A DNA stretch of 63,127 nucleotides, filler included, from Globobulimina sp. (GCA_003354225.1; 14 parts of 14 records of this genome joined end to end with filler, not necessarily neighbours in it), one strand, 5' to 3'. Positions 34,428 through 47,000 are shown, counted from the first letter of the whole stretch. Notes: generated by a model not told the origin, from the sequence alone. Numbers and translations: made by a program.

Positions 34428-36054
34428 ATGCTAACCACATTGGAAGTGCTAGTTCTTTATGGATTGATTTACCTTTCAATTGAACGCATATCCTCACAAC
34501 AATCGTTACAAACAGCGCAATTAAAACCAAGTTCCATATCCACAGTGTCAGGAATCTCAGTATCCATAGGTCAGGGCGTAAGCGCAATCAATGATAAATG
34601 GAGTGTGAATGTAGCAACGCAACAAGGCGCTGATTTGCATGTTGCAATGACTGAAGCATGGGGTTTCCATCCATTACATGCATCTTCCATGCAATTAACT
34701 ATTCGAGGCAACACATCCAGCCATACCTACCAGAACGATGGAGAACTACTATTCGTATTCAGTGTAGAGGACGACTATTTTGCTGAAGTGGTATCATTGG
34801 ATGACATCAAGACATCATACAAAGAATGTCCATCAACAACGAGTCCATTAATCACGCGGCACATAAATGAAATGATAACATCAATAACACCGGATCGGTA
34901 TCATAGATTCTGCGGCAACGCTATAGGAACACCGGTAAATGCGGCCGTTGATTATTGGAATAACGTCGGTAACGCATACAAGCAACCTGCACAATGGCCG
35001 ATGTTCATCACTATCATCAATGACCCGGTCAACAACAATATAGCGTACACATGGACCGATTCTACGAGTGGTTTGAACCGAGTTTCTTCGCAATACACCT
35101 CTTCATTTGCCACAAACAAAGGATTTAATATATTTATTTCCGGCGAGAGTCCAAATGAGGATTTCTATATATTTTCCATTGATGTTGCATATAGAATCCA
35201 TTTCCCACAACCTACACTTTATCCGACTAACCCTTCCTTGTCACCTACAAATAAACCAACATCGCCCACCAATGATCCTACGCTATCACCCACACACAAT
35301 CCAAGCGTAGCTCCTACCAACAATCCAACACTTTCGCCGACATCCAATCCATCAACGAATCCTACCATATCACCCACAGCCAATCCAATAATATCACCAA
35401 CAACAATTCCGACAGTAACACCCACAAAAACCCCGACAAACAGTCCCAGTGTAACTCCAACCGATAATCCTACCACAAATCCAAGCGTATATCCCACGTA
35501 TATTCCCACTATAAATCCAACAATGAATCCATCCATGGAGCCCACAAATATTCCCACATATATACCCACTGTAAATCCATCCATATATCCCACAAATATT
35601 CCAACTTTATATCCAACCATATACCCATCCACATATCCAACCATTCTCAATGTAGATGCAAGTGGAACATCCACAGGAAATATACCCACAAAATCACCAT
35701 CAAAGGTGGTTGTAACAGATGTAATTATGCTCAATGAAACAAACATAAATCGGGTGTTGGAGCATGCGCAGCAACGCATGGATAATGACTCGATGACTTG
35801 GTTCCATGTAATGGTAATTGTCGGCGGCGTGCTTGTGTTTTGCAGTGGTTTAATTATCATTGGTCGCTTGACGCATTCATCGAGAATACAGAAACGAACC
35901 ATGGAAGGAACGGGCAGAAGAGATAACGGTGAAAGAGATGGACAGCACCGTCGATATAACAGTGAGTCTGCAATGGTGCCAATGGCTGATTTTTTGAATG
36001 TACATATACCGATTGGTATGTATGAAATGAGCAGTAGGAAAACAACGGATATCT
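34428..36054 (+). CDS. Type I membrane/surface protein with a Pro-Thr mucin-like stalk (3'-truncated)
   Basis: Signal-like N-terminus, beta-rich ectodomain, P-T/S-x-x repeats, TM 'WFHVMVIVGGVLVFCSGLIIIG'. Confidence 0.8.
35205..35645 (+). repeat. Coding 12-nt-period tandem repeat (PTxx/PSxx)
   Basis: PTLYPTNPSLSPTNKPTSPTNDPTLSPTHNP...PTIYPSTYPTI. Confidence 0.85.
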
Positions 36055-36314
36055 NNNNNNNNNNNNNNNNNNNNNNNNNNNNNNNNNNNNNNNNNNNNTT
36101 AATTAATTAANNNNNNNNNNNNNNNNNNNNNNNNNNNNNNNNNNNNNNNNNNNNAAAAAAAAAAAAAAAAATTTGTCAATCATAAAAAAAGTGTCAATAT
36201 TGCATCAAAAAAAAGTATGTAAGATAATAAAATTTGCATTTTTTTATACTTGAAAATTGTTTTTTACACACACAAAAACAACTAAATATCTAAAAAAACA
36301 AACTGATCTAAAAA

Positions 36315-39300
36315 CTATTTAGTTGCACTGTTCTCAACATTGCTATTTATATTTCGTTGTTGCGCTGAAACAGCACTAGTAACGGCTTGGATATTTGACA
36401 TATTAGACATATTTAAATACGGTCTCATACTAATATTCATATTGATTGTATTTAAATTAATATTATTTGCGTTTGGCTGCGAATTTAATGAGTTGCTGGT
36501 AATGATACTATTTGGCACCGATGGAATTATCGAATAATTACTCGCCGAATTGCCACCACTCACATATGGCATTGCTGCCTTATTTGCAGGCAATTGCTGC
36601 ATTGCATATTGTTGATATAATAAATTCCCCTTTTTTTATTGCAGAAAATTTGCAAAATTGCAGAAAAAAAATAAAATACGTACCTGTGCCACCACGTTTG
36701 TAGGTGTTGCCAATTGGGTCTCTGCCGCAGCCGCATTATTATACGGCACAAATCCAACATAATTGGCAGCCACATTCGTATTATTATTACTGCGATCAGT
36801 GCGATGCGCTGGATGTGCAGAATAGGAATGGCTGGAATAACCCGAATAATTTGACGGTGAATTAATATAACGCGGAGAGGTAATGTTGGTATTTGGATTT
36901 ACAATGTTTGGTGAAGTTAGATTAATATTTAAATTATTTTTATTAAAACTGCTGCCCGGTGCCAGTGTATACGGTTTTGTTTTTGTGTACGGATTCGTAG
37001 AAGCATCATCCTCGATGTTTTCATAAATAATCACCGTAAACGGCACAGACAATGACTCTAATAATTCTTTGACAGAATTGCACCCGAAATTATTGGCACA
37101 CACTGCAAACCTGTATCGCCGCGCAAATTCATTTTCAAAATCATTTTCAGAGATTACATATTCATTTTCAGTCACTACAATCGGTGCGGTGGTGCCTGGC
37201 ATAGCTATTTCAGGGATGGGCATAGTCGCACTTCCATTTGGTATGCCATTGGGAAGAGTCGTATTTAATTTGTTGCGATGTTTACCGCCTCGTCGTCTGC
37301 TACGTTTACCACTGGATTTGGAAGACGTTGTCGAGAGCACCGATTTTAAAGTCGCAGTCTCTTCTTTATTATCATCCACATCTTGCTCTTTTTTCTTGTC
37401 TTCAGACTTTTCCTCAGTCTTTTCATCGTCGCATGGTTCCTTTTACACAAAATTTCATGCAGTGGTCATGGTGCACAGTAAAGTTTTTTTTTAGTAAAGC
37501 GTACACATTGCAGTGCATGGCAACTAAACTTTTTTTTGCAAGTCCAACGCATATATATCGCCGCGATAATTGCACTGTATATGTTTCCATAACTTTGCAA
37601 TTTTATTCTTCAATTCCTCCATCGACGTATTCATGGACAATTTCGGTGTTAAATATATCCTCTCCGTCTGCTGTCGTTTAATATACAAATATTTGGGGTT
37701 ATCGCCTACAATTTTAGTCAATTGTGGTCCATCGATGCGATACGAAAAGCGCCTAAACAGTTTCGACTGTATATCCGCCACAGTCAGCCCCTCAGCGCCA
37801 CCGCCATGCAACTTATGCAGCAGTTCGATCATGGCATTCAACATCACCTTATCCGATGGTTTATTGCTGATATGATTCCGGATCCTCTGCCGATTTATAA
37901 AGGGCCGGATATCTATGTTGCGGCCCAGAATCTGTATCGGCGAAATGGAGATCAAATACTGTGCTTCTTTGTCATTGGACAGCGTCACGAAGCTCCACCC
38001 ATAATTTCTGTACGAAATGCCCGACGAACTGATCATAGTCACCCCCTTTTTGGCCAATTCATTGCGCAAATCTTCAATGGTGGTTCCATGCGAAAAGCCA
38101 CCCATAAATACACTGACATGGTCCTCTTTAAATGGTGACTGCGGTACATTGCTTTCTTCATTCGAGCCATTGGCGTTGGCACAGGGAATCTCGATGTTAT
38201 TCATGTTAAGCAGCTCCAGCGAGCGGTGCAATATCGGCGCGAATGCGTCCGGCTGCGTATCGAAATACTGCTTACTGCTCGCCACCAATTTGTACAACTT
38301 GGTCTGTGAGCCATCAGTGCCGTTATTCTGCACAATAATGTCACAAATTTTGCCCAACACGTCCTGTATGAAAGGCGCTTCGTGGACCAGTCTGGATTGG
38401 TATTGATGATGGAACGCTTTCTCCAAAGTCTCTCCGTCAATGCCTTTATAATACACATTGCTGACATCGGTGGTGTAGTAGTTTGCCAGTAACACTATCA
38501 ATAACTCGCAGTATCCCACGGGACGCGACAATATGTTTTTGAAATTGAGGAAGTTGCTCAAATAATACTGTATATTGTTGCCGGTGATCACGTGTTCATT
38601 GTGTCCCACAGTATGCGTGTTTGTGCTCTTATACATCTTATTGAGTTCATTCAAGTCAATGGTGATGAATATGTTGACGCCGTTTATGTTGCAACAGTAC
38701 ATAGTGGGGATATTGCAGACAAATTCATGCCACTTTCCATGCGGAATCACGTCCTCCAACTTAAATTCCACCATATTATACAACAAATCCTGCAAACAAT
38801 TGCAAGCAATGCCATTGGGGAAACAGCGGAATAAGCGCCGGATGTGTTTGATGATCCATTGCTGTAAGATCAGAGTGTCGAATTCCTGCAAGAAAGAAGG
38901 AATCTCGTCGTCTGCGAGCGTGTATAACTGGCCCCGTTCTTTTGTGTTGGTGATCAGTATACTTTTATGGACGCACAATAAATATTTCAAGTCCATAGTG
39001 AGCACCAACTGTTCGTTGAACATTTGCTCATAAAATTGCGACAACTCACACTCCAGCACACCGTTGGGATGATAGCGGAAAAACAATAGCAAGATATTGG
39101 ATAAAATGCGCCGCATCCAATACGACTCGTAGGCTGACATAGAAAAAAGGAAAAGGCAAACATGTAAAAAAAGGTGCCATGCGAAATTGCGTACAGTACA
39201 GTTGCAAACCTGTGACATTGTTGGTGTTGGTGTTGGTGTTTGCTGTGTTGACGTTGCCTTGCGAGGAGGCGGAATATGACGACATAAATTGCGGCCTATT

Positions 39301-40139
39301 CACCGGTGCGAAGGCAGTGAGAGACTGCGATGATTTGATGCTATTTGCAGTGGGTGTAAAGGATAAGTTATTCAGAATGTGGGGCGATTTTAAGGTGTTG
39401 AGGTTTGGCACAATGATGTTGTGCAGGTTTGGTGAGGATAAAATTTGATTGCAATTGGGTCCAGATGTGATATATGGATATTGGTAGACGGTGCTGTGAC
39501 TTTGGGAGTTGTTGCTGATTATGCTCATGGGCACGGATTGGAAGGTTTGGATTTGTTGCGGCGAGAATAAGTTGGCATTGTTTTGGTAGGCTTGAGCTTG
39601 GGCGAAATTCAGTGTATTTATGGGTGCCGTCATTGCAGTCGTAGGCATTTTAGTGAGTATGGGATTGATATTTGATTCTGAGGGGTTACTGTTGCTGGTG
39701 TTGTTGCTGTCGCTTTGTGCAGAGAATGAACTTTGTTTTGTGATGGATGGAGTGGATTTGGGCGCGGTTGGGTTATTGCTGCGGTTTACAATCATATTGG
39801 GGCTGTCCATGGATGGCGACAATATGTTTGGAATTGGTGGTTTCGTCGCAGCAGTGGGTAGAGCTTCGTTGTTGAGGTTGGTTTGTTTTTGTTTCAGGTT
39901 TAATGAACCAAATAATTGTGAGAATTGTTCGAAAAATTGTCTGTGTTTATGGATTTTAAAGTGATTGGTGGACCGAAATGTTTTATATTATTTTTTATAA
40001 TTAACTTTTTTTGCGATTCAAATTGTTCGGTGTTGGTTTGTGCGGATGCTGCGATTTGTTGAAGAGTTAATGTCAGCGATTCCACAGATTCAACACCATT
40101 GTCACTTGAGTGGTTCGCGATGTTGTTATCTGCTGACAT
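36315..40139 (-). CDS. Multi-LOTUS (OST-HTH)-like + RRM RNA-binding protein, 5 exons
   Basis: Repeated 'PNGV..ELSQFYEQMF', 'PNGI..LQDLLY', 'KGI..LEKAFHHQY', 'EGL..IQSKLFRRF'; RRM 'VFMGGF..GWSFVTL'; frame-restoring GT-AG introns at approx. 39941-40005, 39135-39209, 37440-37529 and 36591-36683. Confidence 0.7.
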
Positions 40140-40268
40140 TAGACCAAAGTCAACTAAGTTCGGAGCTTTAAAAGTTAGAAACCATCACTGCAATCCCCAT
40201 CAAAAACAACAACAATCCCTTCTACGCCATACGTAATAGCCTGTACTCGAACATTCCCTCATTGCAAA

Positions 40269-40568
40269 ATGATAACAACCATATATATATTATTAATATT
40301 CGCCACGTCATCCTCAGTCAATGCTCAGTCGATGAAGAAAATATTACCAAATGATGAAGAAAATACATATGATTACTTTGGGCGTTCTATGTCTATTTAT
40401 CAAAATACTGCAGTAATTGGTGCGTATCATAATGATGACAAGGGATCATACTTTGGATTAGTATATATATTTACCTTCGACAATACAACAAATGAATGGA
40501 CACAGACAGCCAAATTAGTGGCAAGTGACGGAGCTGCAGGTGATGGGTTTGGTGTTTCTGTGTCTATT
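40269..40568 (+). CDS. Secreted FG-GAP repeat (beta-propeller) protein, 3'-truncated
   Basis: Signal peptide; 'DYFGRSMSI..AVIGAY..GLVYIF', 'KLVASDGAAGDGFGVSVSI'. Confidence 0.85.
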
Positions 40569-40668
40569 NNNNNNNNNNNNNNNNNNNNNNNNNNNNNNNN
40601 NNNNNNNNNNNNTTAATTAATTAANNNNNNNNNNNNNNNNNNNNNNNNNNNNNNNNNNNNNNNNNNNN

Positions 40669-41153
40669 CTAAATTTTTCATCATTATTCAATTCGTTTCT
40701 TATTTCATGATATTTCGATAACATAATTATTATTTCATTTTTTATTGTTGCCTGTGGAGTTGCATCGATCTGTGAAAAATCATATAATTGAAACAGATCG
40801 GCTGCAATAGCTTGACGTTTATCTGCAGTGTCAATTTTGTCGTTTTGTAGATATTCACATTGTGCATAATTGTCCAAAGAACCCCATCCATCCGCTGATA
40901 ATGCATTTCGTAATTCGAAAATAACAAACAAAATGGTGAATGGTGTTACTTTCTCAGCCGGTAATTCCATATTACTGTCATAGAAGAGACAACATGTACT
41001 GACTATATCTTGCGGTATGATATGTGCTAATTTCAGAGTCTTTTCTAATGACCGAATATAACCCGAGACAATGATACGAGTCACTTGATTAAATCGCAAC
41101 GATGGCCAGAAATAGTGTCTCATTTTGTTGGCATGTTCGTTTTTAAAATGCAA
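40669..41153 (-). CDS. Hypothetical protein with GYIR-IP motif (3'-truncated)
   Basis: 'IIVSGYIRSLEKTLKLAHIIPQDIVSTCCLFY'; frame open to the contig end. Confidence 0.6.
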
Positions 41154-41197
41154 AAAAAAAAGTATTTCATGGTTTCCACTCTTTTAATTTATTATTA

Positions 41198-42210
41198 TTA
41201 TAACATTATATCACTTTCGTCTGTTTCAGGCAATTCTTGCTCTGTTTGTGCAACATTTGAATATTCCCTACTTTGCTGCATCAATTTATAAACATCAGTT
41301 GTCATAAATTCCAGCACCATCCATAAATTGACAACACACCAAAGAAATACACTGCCAATTTGTGCCAAGCCATCTAAATCACTGAATCTATATTTCCATA
41401 CAGTGACACCACCAAACACAAATGCAAAAAATGTGACAATCATTAATAATGTTAATAACCAAATACGTGCAATATATGGGATACACATTTGAAACCACAA
41501 TAATATCAATGACATCACAATTGATATTACCCCTAAAATACAACAAACCGCAACCCATAAAACATCCAAATTTATATTTAAATCAAACATATATTTAAAT
41601 GAATATGAATAAATTCGGATATCAATAAACATTGTAATCAACATTGATATATTTACAATTAACAATATGCGCACTCTTGCTTTTGATCCAAATATTTTTC
41701 TCAATTGTTGCAAATCACCGAGTCCAAGTTTCTGTACATACAACATAATAATTATACAGTTTTAAATATATATACTTTATACTTAACAAAATTTGTGCGA
41801 GCTAATATCATTGATATCAAATAATAACTGGTTAATATATAAATTAAAAATGCCAAACATTCCGCAGCAAAACAATATGAATAATCATTTGATGTAAAAA
41901 AAACATGACAATATTCTGAAGTAAATATAAACATTCCAACCAAAGCAATAATAATTGCTAACAGCAAAAACATTGGCGATGCTTTTTGATATCCTTTCAA
42001 ATTACATATGATTGCAAATAAAAATAAAGAACAGCCTGTAAATGATGATAGAAATGAAAATAAGAGTACATTTAACCCTGTATCAATACTACGGTTGTTT
42101 GGATATTTTTCAATGCAAAGTGGTAACCATAAAATAGAAAATATTAATACTGATAAACAAACAAATACTTCTTGTCTTATATTTGATTTTTTCATGCCTT
42201 GTTGCTCCAT
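41198..42210 (-). CDS. Multi-pass membrane protein (~8 TM), one short intron near 41732-41775
   Basis: Two hydrophobic ORFs joined by a phase-0 GTATAT...GTACAG intron. Confidence 0.65.
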
Positions 42211-42327
42211 GCTTAGTAGAGTCAAAACGTTTTTCAGATATAAAATCGAAAAATCACAAAAGAAAAGTTTCAAAAATTCTCTAGAATCTGGCTAATTAAA
42301 GAACTTGATTTGATGACAATAAAGAGA

Positions 42328-42749
42328 CTATTTTCCAGATTTGCCAGAGAACCAATCATCTTTCATATTTTCAGACAACCGATCAGAACCAAAACCAATT
42401 ACATCCTCATCCATAGTACCAACATGTTCCTCTGCTTTACCCAACAATGTTTTTTGTATTATTTGTGATGCCTCCCACCATCTCTCAACGCATCTTTTCA
42501 CACATTTTTGTTCCGATGATTTCAGTGATGAATGTATTTTATGTAAACATGTTGTAAAACACCTCTCCGATATCTATCCATTTCATTTGCATTTTATAAC
42601 AAAAACGCATTTTATAAACAATAAAATTTCAGAAATTTCTCAAACAAATTAACTTTTTTCTGCAACATCTCACCAATTTGTGTGGCAACCTGCATCTGCA
42701 TTGCTTGCAACAGTTGATTCGCATCCATTTGTTGTCCTTGCTGTGCCAT
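42328..42749 (-). CDS. Mitochondrial small Tim chaperone (Tim8/Tim13-like, twin CX3C); intron 42574-42653
   Basis: Spliced product MAQQGQQMDANQLLQAMQMQVATQIGEMLQKK|ISERCFTTCLHKIHSSLKSSEQKCVKRCVERWWEASQII...; absent from the ORF track. Confidence 0.85.
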
Positions 42750-42889
42750 GATCAAAATACTATTTCTATCCAGCCAACTTAAAAAATTCAGTTGAGTTCG
42801 AACTGAATCACCATCCCGTCACATACAAAATAGCACCAAAAAAAACAACAAAAACAAAACCGAACTCACCACCACAACACATCCCAAAC

Positions 42890-45082
42890 ATGAGCTCCTC
42901 AGCCAAACGACAAGGTACACTCCAAACACATAATTCCATAAAACAACCTATATAATACTTTCCATTCCACAAACTAGTAATCCAAAGATTACACGACATG
43001 GGATTTAGTGACAGTGACATTCGTCAAGCCATCACCGAATGCGGCTACAACACGGAAGCCTGCGCCGACTGGATCGTGAACCGCAAACCAGACAAAAAAC
43101 CGCGTCTCTTCGTCGGCATGGAAGTATGGATCTTTTCCTCCGACGACAACGACTGGTGTCCCGGCAACGTAGTGTCCATCACCAAGCAGTTAATCTCCAT
43201 CATCTTCAACGGCCACGACTTCCGCTGGTTGGAGAAAGAAAGCGATTTATATAAAATCCAGGACAACAAACCCATCAACAACACCAATAATATCATCTCG
43301 CCCTACGACGACAATGCAGCACACAACGACGTGATTGACGACCCGTACAGCACCAACACGAACGACCACGATGGCCATCAATACGCGCCTCCCAAAGTAG
43401 ACGAGACTGACTATTACGTCACGTTCACCGAAAGTGTCTTAGGTTTGGAGTTGTATTCAGACGAAGATGGCTTTAATTGCATCGTCGGACGCTGTGTGTC
43501 CACCATTGCACGCCAGAAAGTGACGCCTGGTTCGCAGATCGTGCAGGTCAACGACCGCTGGCTCGCAAATTACAGATTTGAGGAGATCCGCGATGCCGTG
43601 AAACAAGCCGCCAGACAGCCTCCGTTGGCCGTCACCTTCAGAATTAAGAAGAACTTATTACGCAGGAAACAGACATCACAGCCAAACAATGACAACAACA
43701 ACAACGTGCAAGCAATGCAACCGGTTAAGTACTACCAAAATACATCATTTTATAAACACAAATATCACACACTGTGCAAGGATGCATCCTCGCACTCAAC
43801 TGACACCAATTAACCTATGATTTGTGACACAGAATTACGACGTAACGTACACGTCCAACACGCAAAGCGCCACCAGTCCCGACACGGGCCATCCCACCGA
43901 CGATCCCAACAAACTGCCGGCGCCAAAGTCGACCGCCGTGCAAGGCAGCAGCATCCAAAACAGTTTGGACGAGCCACCGCCAGAAGAGAAGCGCAGCCAA
44001 CCTCAGTTAGACCCCAACGATGCCAACGCCACAGACTTCCTCGGCACGTTAGACTTTGCCGCCTGTAACAAGCTGCAAATTGGCGACCATATCGACCATC
44101 GCGACGATGTGGGCCGCTTCTTATTGGCCACCATTGTGGATAAGGACGAGTACAAAGTCAAGATCCATTACGAAGGATGGAACAGCAAATGGGACACTTG
44201 GTGCGATTACCAAAACGAAACGCATCGGTTTGCGGCGCCACGCAGCATCTCACGGAAACCGAATACGCGTTTCCGTGACCTGAAGATCCGCGATTATGTG
44301 GACATTAATCCGATCCAACGGCATCGGGGATGGAGGGTGGGGCAGATCCGCCGCATGGATAAGTACTCGGGACAGGCACAGATTGTGTATAAGGAGGACG
44401 GACAGGAGTTTCTATACTGGGCTCATTTGAACAATCCGCAGGAAATCGCCACGTTTATGACGCGCGCGGCGGAGACCATTGCGCTGATTGCTAAGATGGA
44501 GGCGGAACAGGAGAATAATAATAATAATGGCATGATGCAGGAGGAGAGCAATGACAATGTAGTGGTTAATAATATTAACAATAGCAATGCGAATGAGAAA
44601 CAAAAGCAATTGTTAGGTGTATTCATGTCGGCGCCCAACGCGGCGACAGTGACTACGGTGAATACGATGGCCACGGATAAGGCGGTGGGGTATAATACGA
44701 GTATGAATATGCCGACGTTGCCGTACAATGCGCAGATGATTGACAACAGCGTGCAACCGCCGCCTGCAAATATGGACACTATGCATAATAATGGCAACAA
44801 TGGCTATGATAACATGTACCAACAACAGCCGCCGCCTCCACAGCCACAAGCAGTGCAAATGCAGCAAGGCGGGCAAGGGAGACACGAGAAATCGCGCTCG
44901 AGAGTGCTACCGCGGACGATAAAGAACAAGAAATTGCCGCCAAAGCCGGCGAAAAATATGGGTAAGAATCGCAAAAAGGGAATAAACCGATCACGGACTC
45001 AGCCATTGCCAGATAATCAGAATGCAAATCAAAATCATCCAAACATGAATGTACATAACAATAAGAACAAGAATACGAATTT
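42890..45082 (+). CDS. UBA + Tudor-like + PDZ + tandem Tudor/MBT-like scaffold protein (3'-truncated, two introns)
   Basis: UBA 'LHDMGFSDSDIRQAI..NTEACADWI'; 'VGMEVWIFSSDDNDWCPGNV'; PDZ 'VLGLEL..VTPGSQIVQVN'; 'IGDHIDHRD..VKIHYEGWNSKWDTW'; introns ~42915-42977 and ~43724-43832. Confidence 0.75.
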
Positions 45083-45267
45083 NNNNNNNNNNNNNNNNNN
45101 NNNNNNNNNNNNNNNNNNNNNNNNNNTTAATTAATTAANNNNNNNNNNNNNNNNNNNNNNNNNNNNNNNNNNNNNNNNNNNNATTTACAGTTTTTTACAG
45201 ATTATTCAAAATAAAAACATTGAAAGTCAAAATTGAATTGTTAAAGGTTGTGTTTCATCGGGAACCA

Positions 45268-45299
45268 TTAACATTTTATTATTAACCTATTTTCCTTCC
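45268..45299 (+). repeat. Dispersed 32-nt repeat shared with 54331-54362
   Basis: TTAACA(T/A)TTTATTATTAACCTATTTTCCTTCC, one mismatch; both copies lie near contig starts. Confidence 0.75.
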
Positions 45300-45326
45300 C
45301 AATATTTGTAGAATCAACATACCACT

Positions 45327-45764
45327 TTATTTTGAACGATTTCTTTTAATATATGCTTGCATTAATGCCCCCTTTGGCACAATGTCCACTTCAATATCTT
45401 TTGCCACCATTTCATCATAAAGTTGTTGACATTTAGTACAATCACTGTATTGTCCGTATATTTTTATCATTTCAGTATAAGTGGCTTTATTCGGAGCTAA
45501 ATCATACTTACTTAGCAGTCCCCAAATTATCTCCGCTTGTTGAACATCACCGGACTGTGTATACGCTCCTAACAATGTAGTTACTGCAATAATATCAGGC
45601 TTAACGTTATAACGAAGCATTTGTTCCAGATGTTGCTTAATAAAACGTGTTTGATGATTTAAATTCAAGGCATGAAATAATATGCTGTATGTCACTATGT
45701 TTGGTATCAAATTCCGTGTTAGCACTTTGAGTAATAAAAAAAAATAGATTACATAATTATACAA
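45327..45764 (-). CDS. PPR-repeat fragment (partial gene or pseudogene)
   Basis: 35-aa repeats 'PNIVTYSILFHAL', 'KPDIIAVTTLLGAYTQSGDVQQAEIIW', 'PNKATYTEMIKIYG'. Confidence 0.7.
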   Translation of the reverse strand: MYNYVIYFFLLLKVLTRNLIPNIVTYSILFHALNLNHQTRFIKQHLEQMLRYNVKPDIIAVTTLLGAYTQSGDVQQAEIIWGLLSKYDLAPNKATYTEMIKIYGQYSDCTKCQQLYDEMVAKDIEVDIVPKGALMQAYIKRNRSK

Positions 45765-46384
45765 TGTGGTTTATTTTCATTAAAATCATTTAAAAAAATG
45801 CTATCTACTTTATACGATGTAGTCATACCAATAACCAAATAATATGTTTTTTCCAACCGTATATTCCTAAAAGCAATTCCTTGATCACTCCCATTTACTG
45901 AATATCCCATTTCTTGTTTTTCAAAATCGACTCTCATTTCAATTACATCACCGGCACCCCATTCAATTCCATATCCTTCACGTTTTCCTAAATGCCATTT
46001 AGTACCACTCCATCCATCATATCCATAATCTATCTCCGTCCACTTAGCATCAACATTCCTGTTTGATTGAATACCAATGAACATTAAACTACTCCGCCTT
46101 TGCTTACATGTCAACCTCCATTTATATTTATTTTTGCTGCCTGCCTCAATTCCTATACTTCCAAATGCATTGCCATAACCACCTCCACTACCTTTGCTTG
46201 TAACAGTTTTCCCATTGTTTGAGATTGTAATCCGTCGACAAGCAGTTTCGAATGTGTCTACAATATTTTTATAATAACCGCCATAATAATTATAACAAAT
46301 TTGAATAATGGATATTGGAATGATTTTCTGTTTAATTGTTTTTTGAACTTTTCGTATGTAGCCAGAAACAATTAAATCCTCCAT
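45749..46384 (-). CDS. SPRY/B30.2 protein with N-terminal GYIR-IP motif and C-terminal CaaX (CIIM)
   Basis: 'ISNNGKTV', 'MFIGI', 'YGIEWGAGDVIEMRVDF..MGYSVNGSDQGIAF'. Confidence 0.85.
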   Translation of the reverse strand: MEDLIVSGYIRKVQKTIKQKIIPISIIQICYNYYGGYYKNIVDTFETACRRITISNNGKTVTSKGSGGGYGNAFGSIGIEAGSKNKYKWRLTCKQRRSSLMFIGIQSNRNVDAKWTEIDYGYDGWSGTKWHLGKREGYGIEWGAGDVIEMRVDFEKQEMGYSVNGSDQGIAFRNIRLEKTYYLVIGMTTSYKVDSIFLNDFNENKPHCIIM

Positions 46385-46886
46385 CACTTCGATCAGTTAG
46401 CTTACCTCAAAAACTACACCGTTTTGTGGAACCATTTTTGAAGAATCGGCTGTTTTCTCGTGGGTAAATGTATTGTGCGTTTTTGATGTATCATCCGATG
46501 TTTTGGAAAAACGTTTGCATGACAAATACAAATATTTGGATTGTATCTGACAAATTGGTACATTAAGCGATGATTTAATAAATTTCATTTGGTTGGCTTA
46601 TTCTTAATACAGTTAACGTACTGCATGTAATTATGTAATTGCAATTTATTGGATGACAGCCATTGTGCATTTAAATCGAAAATAAGATGTGAAACGCTTT
46701 GCAAATCCAGAAACTCTTGGGTTTGTTCTGTGCAAATATCAAAGTAAGCAAATTATAGTATACCCTTAATTCTTGTTTTGCTTCACATGTTACATGATGT
46801 AACAACTGATCCTATATAGCGCCAGCATTACCTATAATTAATCACGAACACAAACAAAAGCACAGCAGAAATAAAATCAAAGGAAT

Positions 46887-47000
46887 TTAAGAAACCACAC
46901 GTTTAATTTTCCAACGTCAAAATGTTTTTCCTTATTTTTGGTATCCATTAATTAATTCAAGATTTCTCTGACATTGGAAAATTAACCGTGTGGCTCTTAA
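46887..47000. mobile_element. MITE-like element with ~30-nt imperfect TIRs flanked by TTAA
   Basis: TTAA-GAAACCACACGTTTAATTTTCCAACGTCA ... TGACATTGGAAAATTAACCGTGTGGCTC-TTAA. Confidence 0.65.

Noticed and set aside
35219-35902. 227-aa VG-rich minus-strand ORF
   Set aside because: Antisense shadow of the PT repeat
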